Source: Polyangiales bacterium (GTDB taxonomy: Bacteria > Myxococcota_A > Polyangia > Polyangiales > Houyiibacteriaceae). Taken from it: DNA of 44,983 nt. Where the stretch lies: NCBI GenBank assembly GCA_041581895.1, contig JBFICQ010000001.1, positions 1 through 44,983 on the forward strand. The letters run 5' to 3'. The notes below the pieces were generated by a model. That model worked only from the letters and a program-made list of their open reading frames with translations. It was not told where the DNA came from and ran no database searches. This document shows, one piece after another, positions 26,948 through 34,759 of this stretch. Position 1 is the first letter of the stretch. Each line of letters opens with the position of its first letter. The position numbers and the translations under genes were made by a program.

Positions 26948-28051
26948 ATGGCTTTGTCGGTCGGCATCGTCGGCCTTCCCAATGTCGGGAAATCCACCCT
27001 TTTCAACGCGCTTTCGGAGAAAGAAGCCGAGGCGGCGAACTACGCGTTTTGCACGATCGACCCCAATGTCGGGGTGGTCCCGGTCCCAGACCCGCGCTTC
27101 GACCGGTTGGTCGAGCTCTACGCGCCGAAAAAGGTGGTCCCGGCTACGGTCGAGTTCGTGGACATCGCCGGCTTGGTGCGAGGCGCCTCGAAGGGCGAAG
27201 GCAAAGGTAATGCCTTCTTGAGCAACATCCGCGAGGCCGATGCGATCGCCCACGTCGTTCGGTGCTTCGAGGACGAAAACATCGTGCACGTCGACAATCG
27301 CGTCGATCCGGTCGCGGATATCCAAACGATCGAAACCGAGCTGATTTTGAAAGACCTAGAAACGGTGGCGCGGAGGCTCGACAGGGCCGAGCGCGCGGCC
27401 AAAGGCCAGGACCCGTTCGAAAAAAAGGCGGTCGTCTTTTGCAAGAGGGTCGAAGCGCTACTCAACGAAGGAAAGCCCGCGACGGCGGTCGAGCCCTCGG
27501 ACGAAGACGAGACCCAGATCCTCCGCGACATGTTTCTGCTCACCAACAAGCCTTCGTTCTTCGTTGCAAACGTCAAAGATGACCAACTCGCAAATGCCGA
27601 CGACGATCCGCTGGTCGCACAGGTCCGCAAGCTCGGCGAGGAGCGCGGCGCTCCCGTCGTGGTGATCAGCGCCGCGATCGAGGCCGAGATCATGCAACTT
27701 CCCCAAGAGGAGCGCGCCGAATTCGTCGACTCGTTGGGGCTCGACGAGCCAGGTCTTCACAAGGTCATTCGCACCGGATACCGCACGCTCGATCTCATCA
27801 CGTACTTCACGGTTGATGAGCCCGAGGTTCATGCTTGGACCATCGACCGAGGGACCAGGGCGCCCCAAGCAGCTGGCAAGATCCACACCGACTTCGAGCG
27901 CGGATTCATTCGCGCCGAGGTGATGAAGTGCCAGGACCTCTTCGAGCTCGGCTCGGAGCAGGCGGTCAAGGCTGCCGGCAGGCTCGCAATCGAGGGTAAA
28001 GACTACGTCGTGCAAGACGGCGACATCATGCACTTTCGCTTCAACGTTTGA
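26948..28051 (+). CDS. ychF: redox-regulated ATPase YchF
   Basis: GIVGLPNVGKSTLFNAL, FCTIDPNVG, VDIAGLVRGAS and the C-terminal TGS-like block GKDYVVQDGDIMHFRFNV. Confidence 0.95.
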   Translation: MALSVGIVGLPNVGKSTLFNALSEKEAEAANYAFCTIDPNVGVVPVPDPRFDRLVELYAPKKVVPATVEFVDIAGLVRGASKGEGKGNAFLSNIREADAIAHVVRCFEDENIVHVDNRVDPVADIQTIETELILKDLETVARRLDRAERAAKGQDPFEKKAVVFCKRVEALLNEGKPATAVEPSDEDETQILRDMFLLTNKPSFFVANVKDDQLANADDDPLVAQVRKLGEERGAPVVVISAAIEAEIMQLPQEERAEFVDSLGLDEPGLHKVIRTGYRTLDLITYFTVDEPEVHAWTIDRGTRAPQAAGKIHTDFERGFIRAEVMKCQDLFELGSEQAVKAAGRLAIEGKDYVVQDGDIMHFRFNV

Positions 28052-28059
28052 CCATTCGC

Positions 28060-28644
28060 CTATAAGACGTTGACTTCGATTAGCAGGTACTCGTTGTTGC
28101 CGTGGTTGTTTACGTGAAAGAGCATGGGGGTTCCCGCCTCGAAATCATCGGTTGCGGTCCAGGTTCCATTGGTCGGACCGCTAGGCTGTGGAATCAGCAA
28201 GCGCTCGTCGAAGATCATCTGATCGCCGAGGGTGAGACTGATCCGCGCTTCACTATCAAACGGCGCGGTCAGCTGGAAATGAAACGTGCGGATTTCGACC
28301 TCGTCGCCGGCACGAATCGCCCTCAGAGACGGTTGCTCGAGGGTGATCCAGTCGCAAACTTCGGTATACACCGCCAACACCGTGAACGCGTCAAAGCACT
28401 CAGCGACGAACGGCACTCGGCAGGTCGGGGGCAGGTCTACGCACTCGCCGGTCTCCAAGTCCGGACAGTCACCTTGCGGCGGAGCACATGCGGCGCCTTC
28501 CGGAGGAGGACCGAAAATTTCCTCGCCCTTGGTCGTCTGCTGCCAACGTGTGTTGTCGACGAGCGGACCGGGATCGCCCCCAGCGCCAGTTCCACACCCG
28601 ACGACGAGCCAAACGCCCGTAGCGATCATCATCCGCCCAAACAT
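28060..28644 (-). CDS. lipoprotein, unknown function
   Basis: MFGRMMIATGVWLVVGC is a lipobox signal. The N-terminal half is Cys-rich and the C-terminal half looks like a beta-sandwich. Confidence 0.65.
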   Translation of the reverse strand: MFGRMMIATGVWLVVGCGTGAGGDPGPLVDNTRWQQTTKGEEIFGPPPEGAACAPPQGDCPDLETGECVDLPPTCRVPFVAECFDAFTVLAVYTEVCDWITLEQPSLRAIRAGDEVEIRTFHFQLTAPFDSEARISLTLGDQMIFDERLLIPQPSGPTNGTWTATDDFEAGTPMLFHVNNHGNNEYLLIEVNVL

Positions 28645-28681
28645 GTTACTCCCTTCGGGATACTCCTCGACGAGGCAACGG

Positions 28682-29209
28682 TTAGCCCTCGCGAGGAACG
28701 CTGACCCGAACCCGAACGTCGGGCTTGATCTTCAGCGCGCCAAAAGCCGCCGTGTACGGCTTGATGCCGAAGTCGAGTTGATGGATCGTCACCTCGGTCA
28801 CCCATCGCTGCCCCTCGGGTCGAACGTCTGCCTGAATCGTCCGAGACAACCCATGCAGGTGGAGCTGGCCTTCGACCGAATAGCCCTCGCCTTGCTGAAC
28901 GACCTCCACCGACTCGAAGCGAATCTCTGGATGTTTGCGTGTCCGTAAGACGTCCTTCGTGATGTTGTCGTAGATCTTCTTCTTGTCGCCTTCGCTCAGA
29001 GCGGACGGATCGTCCAGTCCGTCGATCTGCGCGCAAACGACCTGAATGCTGCTCGGATCGAACGTCGCTTGGATGCTTTGAGACCCCTCGTCGAGCTCGA
29101 TTGAAAACCGCTCGACCTGCATCTTCAGGTCGTGGGCGAGCCGCGCCAAAAGCCCATCCTTGAACGAGAAGATCAGGCACTCGGAGTTGTAGGCGTCGTA
29201 GCGAGGCAT
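28682..29209 (-). CDS. YceI-like (polyisoprenoid-binding fold) protein without an obvious signal peptide
   Basis: HPEIRFESVEV..YSVEGQLHLHGLSRTIQADV..FGIKPYTAAFGALKIKPDVRVRV matches the YceI family pattern. The N-terminus MPRYDAYNSECLIFSF is not a signal sequence. Confidence 0.75.
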   Translation of the reverse strand: MPRYDAYNSECLIFSFKDGLLARLAHDLKMQVERFSIELDEGSQSIQATFDPSSIQVVCAQIDGLDDPSALSEGDKKKIYDNITKDVLRTRKHPEIRFESVEVVQQGEGYSVEGQLHLHGLSRTIQADVRPEGQRWVTEVTIHQLDFGIKPYTAAFGALKIKPDVRVRVSVPREG

Positions 29210-29271
29210 CGCGGGCCATGTAACTCACTCCGCGGTCCTAGGCCAGTTCGTGTTTACCGTAGCGCAGAGCC

Positions 29272-31077
29272 TCAGGGTTCCTGAATGAAGTAGGATCCGA
29301 GGAGGATGAACATCTCTTCCTCGGTGGTGACGCCTCCGCCGGTCGGGCAGGCATCGCAGATGCCGACGCCGCCGCAAAGCGAGTCGTCGCCGTTGCACGT
29401 CATCCCCTGGTCGGGCCCGCCATAGCAGGAACGCTCCTCGGGCGCGCAACCGCAGCCAAAGACCTCAAATCCACCCTGCGAGGCAAGGCCGCGTATCGTG
29501 GCGACGAAGTCACAGGTCTCGGCATCGGGCTTGGTCGACTCGCGACGGACCTCCTCGGGATTGGTTTCCCCGTTGTCCCAGAGCGAACAATACTTGAAGG
29601 TACGGTCGCGCGGGTCGGCGCTGTCGTAGACCGGTAGGTCTGGCTCGAAGAAGCGCTGGTAGAGCGGATCGGCGTAGTCGCGGCTGATGTAGTCCGGCTC
29701 GCGATCCTCAGGAAGGCAGTCAGGCCCAGGCTCGCACGCTTCGTTGGGCGGATACCACACGCGGAACCGCTTGCCGAAGCGGTGCGTATGAGAGCTCAAG
29801 GTCATCAGCCGGGCGTGCTGCGGGATGGTGTAGCTCGTGCATACTTCCTTCGAGGTAAACGCCTCGACCGTTCCCATGCCAAAGATGTCAGAGGCATCGA
29901 AGATCTGCCGACGCTCGTACAACTGCTCCTCCGGAGTCGCGAACTCGACGTTCATCCACTGCTCGACCGTGGTGTCCGTCTCGGTGAGGTTGAACGCGTG
30001 GCTGTCCCAGACGATGAAGCCCTCGACCGGCATCAAAGCGTAGACGTTGGTGGGATAAACCTCGCGGAACGTGGCTTCCTGGGCTGTCGCGACGTTCTGA
30101 CGAACGTCGGCGTCCCCGAAGAGCCCCGCCACCGTGCCGAGGTCGTTCGGGCCATTCCTGTAGCCGATGCAGGCGACCGAGGTGGTCGGCGCCGTCACAC
30201 ACTGACTGCGATCCCCGCACTCGTCGGACCCTGGCGTGCACGACACTCCATCGTTCTCGCCGCCGAGGCAGATCCATTTCTTCCAGGCGTCGCTCATCGG
30301 ATTCCACACCGCTTCGATCGTCGGCACGTAGAACTCGACGATGCTGTGGTGCGATTGCGGATCCTGCGCTAGGAGGATGTCGTTATAGGCAAAGCAGTCG
30401 CGGTCGGGGCCGCCCTGTGCCTCCCCGCACGGCACCTTGAGCTCGTTCGGAACCTGGTCGGAGTAGTTGTAGTAGCTCACGAAGCAGACCTCGCCCTCGC
30501 CTTCGGCTGGGAGCGTCCAGCCACCAGAGTAGAACTGCACGCCCTTGTCCGCAGCCGGCGGAGGGAGCGGTTGGATCTTGTTGGGAACGACCTCGCCCTC
30601 GAGGGCGCAGGTGGCAAACGCCTCGGAGCCGTCGACGATCCCGATCTCGGGAGCACCGCCGCGGATCCACGCGCGCAGCAATCCGAGGTCATCCTCGCTC
30701 AACGCATCGCCACCGAGCGGCATCGCGCTGCCCCCGATGCCCTGCGCGCCAAGATTGGTGCCTTCGGTTTTCGCTTGGACCTTCAGGTAGAGGAGGCTCA
30801 GGTCCTGCTCGGCCGGAAAGACGAGCTTGAAGTCGCCCGCGACGCCATCGACGTTGATCAGGTTGTCGTAGGCAACGCCGGCACGGAGATCCAAGCCGGA
30901 CTGAGGCGAGTCGCCGTGGCAATTCGACGCGGTGCAACCACGTGCCTCGAAGATCTGCTCTTGGATCTGAGCAAACGTGCTGTCGGCGTCGCATTTGGGG
31001 GCTTGGCTGGCGTCGTTGCCGCAGCCCACTACGGCCAAGGCGCTGATCGCGAGGAACAAGACACGAACGGGTTTCAT
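29272..31077 (-). CDS. lipoprotein, paralog A: CX4CH cytochrome-c-like module plus PHM/DBH-like copper monooxygenase ligand pattern
   Basis: Lipobox LAVVGC (Cys19), GC48TASNC53H54G, MPLGG..LSEDDLGLLRAWIRGGAP, SH243H244SIVEF, WDSH360AFN, SSH430TH432RFGK and TTEEEM589FILLGSYF. Roughly half the positions match paralog B by eye. Confidence 0.8.
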   Translation of the reverse strand: MKPVRVLFLAISALAVVGCGNDASQAPKCDADSTFAQIQEQIFEARGCTASNCHGDSPQSGLDLRAGVAYDNLINVDGVAGDFKLVFPAEQDLSLLYLKVQAKTEGTNLGAQGIGGSAMPLGGDALSEDDLGLLRAWIRGGAPEIGIVDGSEAFATCALEGEVVPNKIQPLPPPAADKGVQFYSGGWTLPAEGEGEVCFVSYYNYSDQVPNELKVPCGEAQGGPDRDCFAYNDILLAQDPQSHHSIVEFYVPTIEAVWNPMSDAWKKWICLGGENDGVSCTPGSDECGDRSQCVTAPTTSVACIGYRNGPNDLGTVAGLFGDADVRQNVATAQEATFREVYPTNVYALMPVEGFIVWDSHAFNLTETDTTVEQWMNVEFATPEEQLYERRQIFDASDIFGMGTVEAFTSKEVCTSYTIPQHARLMTLSSHTHRFGKRFRVWYPPNEACEPGPDCLPEDREPDYISRDYADPLYQRFFEPDLPVYDSADPRDRTFKYCSLWDNGETNPEEVRRESTKPDAETCDFVATIRGLASQGGFEVFGCGCAPEERSCYGGPDQGMTCNGDDSLCGGVGICDACPTGGGVTTEEEMFILLGSYFIQEP

Positions 31078-31213
31078 AGGGGCTCCTAAGCGTTGAACGG
31101 TGAGATCGAGGGCCGGATTGTTTGTGATTGGTTTATCGGTGCACGCAAAGTTGCGGAGTGCTCATAAAGTGGATTGGTTTTCCGGGCGAAAGCCAGCTGC
31201 GTAGCAACGTCCG

Positions 31214-32974
31214 CTACGGCGAAGGGGGCTGAACGAAGTACGACCCGAGCGGGATGAACATCTCGTCGTCGGTGGTGATCCCTCCCCACACGGGGCAGGC
31301 GTCGCAGATGCCTTCGCCTCCACAGACCGAGTCGTCGCCACCGCACAACATGCCCTGGTCGGGCCCCCCAAAGCAGGCCCGGTCCTTCTCGGCACAGCCG
31401 CAGTACGCGACTGGCGCAGCGCAGGTGGGCGTATTGGGCTTGGTGGACTCGCGCTTCACCTCGGAAGGATCGTCGGCGCCATTGTCGTAGCGGGCGCAGG
31501 CCTTGAACGTGCGGTCCGCAATGTCCGCTCCATCGTACTCGAGCGGCGGGTCATAATAGAGGTAGAGCGGGTCGTCGTAGAGCCGGCTTTCGTAGTCGGC
31601 GGGGCCTGGCGGCGGGACGCACCCCTGGGAGCCTGCGCATGGCTGATGGGGTGGAAGCCAAATTCGGAAGAGCTCGCCCTTTTGATGCATGTGCGAGCTG
31701 AGAGACATCAACCGGCTATACTGAGGGAGGTCAAAGGTCATGCAGACCTCGCGCTTCTCAAACGGCGGGATGGTCGACATGGCGAAGATCTCTTGCGCTT
31801 CGAAAAGTTGCTGGCGGAGCCATTGGCGGCCCTGTTCTGGAACGAAGCTCAAGTTGACCCATTGCTCGATGCTCGTGTTTTTCGTGGTGAGATTAAAGCC
31901 ATGACTGTTCCACGCGACGAACCCTTGGAGCGGGAGCCGCGAATAGACCCCCTCTTGCGGCTGGTCGATGAAGGTCGACTCCTGCGCGCCCGAAAGCCCA
32001 ACCCGCGTCCCGGACACACCGCCGATCGCGCCAGCGCCGAAATCCGAAAAGTCGCTTGGTGCGTGAGGATAACCTACGCAGGCGACCGACGTCCGAACGG
32101 GCGTACTGCACGCCGATCGCACGCCGCACGCCCCCAGGTCGGTCGGGTCGCACGGCTGCCCATCGGCAGCGCCACCAAGGCAACTCCAAGGACCCCAGTC
32201 ACCCCCGTTGGGGTCGGACTCGGGGGTGTAGACGGTAATGATGCTGTGATGCGACTGCCCGTCCTGGGCGAGCTCGTTTCGGCCGAAGGCGAAACATTTC
32301 CGACCCTCGCCAAACTCGTCGCAGTCAACCTGATATTCGGGCGGAACCGCATCTCGAAAATCGTAGTAGGTCGCGTAGCAAACCTCGTCCTCGGCCTCTG
32401 CGCCGAGCGCCCAACCCCCGGCGTAGACCTGGACACCTTCACCGGGCGCGGGAGGCGGCAAAGGATTGATCTTGTTCGGGTCGGCGGCGAAGCTTCCTTC
32501 ACACCCGAGAAGGTTGAGCGTGCCTGCAACGATTCCGTCCTCCGGAGCACCCGCGCGCATCCACAACAAGACGGCTTCGATCTTGTCGTCGGAGAGGCGC
32601 GGGAGACCCGACGGCATCGCCTGGCCAAGACCTGCACTGGCGAGCTCTTGGGTGGTCTCGTGAAGCTTGCGGTAGAGAAGGCTGCGCTCTTGGTCGCCCG
32701 GGAAGACACGCTCGATGTCGGAGTTGACGCGGCTGCTCACTCGCACCAGCGATTCGTAGGAAGCGCCCGGACGAAGATCGAGCCCACCGGCCGATTCGAA
32801 GCTCGCGCCGTGACACGCGTTGCTCGTACAGCCTTCGCCTTCAAAGATCGTTGTCTGAATCGCAGCGAAGGTGCTGTCGAAGTTGCAGTCAGCCGCCTCG
32901 TTCGAGCTTTCGCCGCAAGCACTTGCCACCAGTGCTACCGAGCTGGTGAGCACGAACCAGTCTAGTCTACGCAT
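31214..32974 (-). CDS. lipoprotein, paralog B of the same family
   Basis: The Met at 32974 gives MRRLDWFVLTSSVALVASAC, a lipobox signal. GCTSNACHG, MPSGLPRLSDDKIEAVLLWMRAGAP, SHHSIITVY, WNSHGFN, SSHMHQKGE and TTDDEMFIPLGSYF are all colinear with paralog A. The track ORF starts 32 codons further upstream. Confidence 0.8.
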   Translation of the reverse strand: MRRLDWFVLTSSVALVASACGESSNEAADCNFDSTFAAIQTTIFEGEGCTSNACHGASFESAGGLDLRPGASYESLVRVSSRVNSDIERVFPGDQERSLLYRKLHETTQELASAGLGQAMPSGLPRLSDDKIEAVLLWMRAGAPEDGIVAGTLNLLGCEGSFAADPNKINPLPPPAPGEGVQVYAGGWALGAEAEDEVCYATYYDFRDAVPPEYQVDCDEFGEGRKCFAFGRNELAQDGQSHHSIITVYTPESDPNGGDWGPWSCLGGAADGQPCDPTDLGACGVRSACSTPVRTSVACVGYPHAPSDFSDFGAGAIGGVSGTRVGLSGAQESTFIDQPQEGVYSRLPLQGFVAWNSHGFNLTTKNTSIEQWVNLSFVPEQGRQWLRQQLFEAQEIFAMSTIPPFEKREVCMTFDLPQYSRLMSLSSHMHQKGELFRIWLPPHQPCAGSQGCVPPPGPADYESRLYDDPLYLYYDPPLEYDGADIADRTFKACARYDNGADDPSEVKRESTKPNTPTCAAPVAYCGCAEKDRACFGGPDQGMLCGGDDSVCGGEGICDACPVWGGITTDDEMFIPLGSYFVQPPSP

Positions 32975-33027
32975 ACCTGAGCCTCTCGCCGATGGGGGTA
33001 TAGGGCCGAGACGCGGGCTCGTCTCGC

Positions 33028-33048
33028 TAATTGACCCACATTCAATTA
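33028..33048. promoter_or_regulatory. candidate operator: perfect 7-bp inverted repeat in the most AT-rich spot of the window
   Basis: TAATTGA-cccacat-TCAATTA sits inside CTAATTGACCCACATTCAATTAACAATTTATCAG, between divergent paralog B (start 32974) and the DUF4281 gene (start 33126). Confidence 0.35.
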
Positions 33049-33125
33049 ACAATTTATCAGAAGGGCGCAAGTCGCGCGCAAAACCCCCGCCTCAAATCCA
33101 AGGCGATGGGCTAAAAGACCTGCTC

Positions 33126-33584
33126 ATGCCTCTCGAGATCCTCTTCAAGGGCGCGAATTTCGCAGTTCTTCCGTTTTGGCTGCTCCTCCTGGTCGCGCCT
33201 CGATGGCGCGGGACGCAACTATTGGTGCATGGGCCTGCGGTGGTCTTGCTCCTAACACCTATCTACGCCTACATGCTCTTCGGCTACGGACCGTCGCCGC
33301 AAGACATCGACATGACGACGCTTTACGGAGTGATGAGCGCATTTACGGCGCCCCACGTCGTCGTCGCCGGTTGGATTCACTATTTGATCTTCGACCTCTT
33401 CATCGGCGCCTGGGAGGCGCGTGACGCACTGCGTCTCCATATCCCACAACTATTCGTTATCCCGTGTCTGTTGGCGACTCTTGTCGTCGGTCCCGTAGGG
33501 CTGTTGCTCTACGTAATCGTGCGGTTCATCACCCGCGGCGTGATCCAATACGACGAAACCGTTTCCGCAGAGTCACGGTCTTAA
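33126..33584 (+). CDS. DUF4281 (ABA4-like) membrane protein
   Basis: MPLEILFKGANFAVLPFWLLLLVAPRW..., WIHYLIFDLFIGAW and four hydrophobic helices match the ABA4-like family pattern. The track ORF starts upstream in a non-coding-looking stretch. Confidence 0.7.
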   Translation: MPLEILFKGANFAVLPFWLLLLVAPRWRGTQLLVHGPAVVLLLTPIYAYMLFGYGPSPQDIDMTTLYGVMSAFTAPHVVVAGWIHYLIFDLFIGAWEARDALRLHIPQLFVIPCLLATLVVGPVGLLLYVIVRFITRGVIQYDETVSAESRS

Positions 33585-33591
33585 TAAGAAA

Positions 33592-33623
33592 GGGCCAGCG
33601 CTGTCAGGCGCCGGCCCTCTTTT
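33592..33623. terminator. bidirectional rho-independent terminator
   Basis: GGGCCAGCGC-tgtcag-GCGCCGGCCC forms 9 bp plus one A·C mismatch. It is followed by TCTTTTC on the + strand and by TTTCTTATT on the - strand. Confidence 0.7.
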
Positions 33624-33940
33624 CAAATGAACTCCCACCGGTGTGGGGGAGTTAGTTCGGTGGGCTAACTCGTCCGCACCTCCGGTGAGAGTTCGGTTCT
33701 ACTACTTATGTCCATATGCACATTCCTCCCCCGGCGATGCCGGCGCTCTCGGGTCTCTGGGCACCACGCCCAGACCGCGCAGAGCCTTCTTTGGTGGTTA
33801 GACCCACGGATATCGAGGGCCGGTTCACGATGGCGAGTCTCCTGTTGGAGTTCGCACCATTGCGGGGGCTCCGCCCAACCGCCACCGATGGCAAGTCGCA
33901 TTGCGAAAAGGGAGTCCCTTTTTCGGGCAACGCCACTCAC
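33624..33940 (-). ncRNA. candidate unclassified structured RNA, or a long structured 3' UTR
   Basis: No credible ORF in any frame. A minus-strand promoter-like TTGGCG (33975-33970), 17-nt spacer and TATCTT (33952-33947) lie right after the phosphodiesterase stop. Several hairpins are present: GAAAAGGG/CCCTTTTC, GGTCTGGGC/GCCCAGAGACC, GAGTTAG-9 nt-CTAACTC and AACTCCCCCAC/GTGGGAGTT. The tract ends at the bidirectional terminator. Confidence 0.3.
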
Positions 33941-33988
33941 CCTTGCAAGATAGCCGCAACACGCGATCGCGCCAAGTCTCGAGCGTGC

Positions 33989-34759
33989 TCAGAGCAGGAA
34001 TTCGTCGCCGAGCTGAAGAATCTGCAGGTTCCGACCACGGATCTGAGCAAGCTCGCGCAACACCTCGGCCTCGAACACCGGCTTGATGTGATATAGTAGA
34101 ATCGGTAGCTCGTCTCGGTGCGTCAGCTTGCGGAGCTCGGCCTCGAGCGTTTCCGGTGTGTGATGTCGAGACCGGTGCGCCAGCTCTGCTTCCCCGTTCG
34201 GGAACGACACTTCCATCATGAGAGCTTGCAGATCGTCGAGCGCATTCACGTGGGTCCAAAGCTCTTCGGTGGGCCCGGTGTCTCCGCTGTAGACGATACT
34301 GGTAGCGTTTTGATGGATGATGAACGCGGACGTGTCGACCGTGTGATTGACCATGACGGGCGTCACATCGAAGCCCCTTACTTGGGTTGGTCGACCAGGC
34401 TCGATCTCGACGAAACGCACCGCCGGCCCGTACTCGGACTCAATGCGTGTGAAGTCGGGCCAAATGATGTCGTTGAAGAAATGCTGTTTGAGAGCGCGAA
34501 CGGTCGCCGGAACGCCAACGATCTCGAGCGTGGCGCTACCCTTTTGACAACGATTGTCAGCTAGTGTCGCGAGATCGCGAATGTGGTCCATGTGGGGATG
34601 ACTGATCAAAATCGATTCGATGCGCTCTTGCTCGTCGAGCGACAATGACGCGGTCACAGCACCGGCGTCGACCGCAAGCGTGTCGCCAACCAGGAAGCTC
34701 GAAGTACGGTGTTTGGGCGTCTCTCCACCATGACAACCGAGACTGCGCAGTTGCATCAT
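33989..34759 (-). CDS. class-II 3',5'-cyclic-nucleotide phosphodiesterase (metallo-beta-lactamase fold)
   Basis: ILISHPHMDHIRDLATLA matches the class-II PDE HxHxDH signature. YSGDTGPT and VNHTVD provide further metal-site elements. Confidence 0.8.
   Translation of the reverse strand: MMQLRSLGCHGGETPKHRTSSFLVGDTLAVDAGAVTASLSLDEQERIESILISHPHMDHIRDLATLADNRCQKGSATLEIVGVPATVRALKQHFFNDIIWPDFTRIESEYGPAVRFVEIEPGRPTQVRGFDVTPVMVNHTVDTSAFIIHQNATSIVYSGDTGPTEELWTHVNALDDLQALMMEVSFPNGEAELAHRSRHHTPETLEAELRKLTHRDELPILLYHIKPVFEAEVLRELAQIRGRNLQILQLGDEFLL

Noticed and set aside
33592-33940. tmRNA or RNase P RNA as the identity of the non-coding tract of about 350 nt
   Set aside because: The size fits, but the diagnostic sequences are missing on both strands. 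There is no GGUUCGAnUCC T-loop, no G3:U70-compatible acceptor end (...UCC-ACCA) and no Ala-rich tag ORF, so it is not tmRNA. There is no GAGGAAAGUCCGGGC P4 strand and no ACAGAAnCCGGCUUA, so it is not RNase P. Cobalamin and ydaO riboswitch resemblances (GGTGCGAACTCC, CCGAAC..CTAAC) are in the wrong order, and no gene lies downstream.
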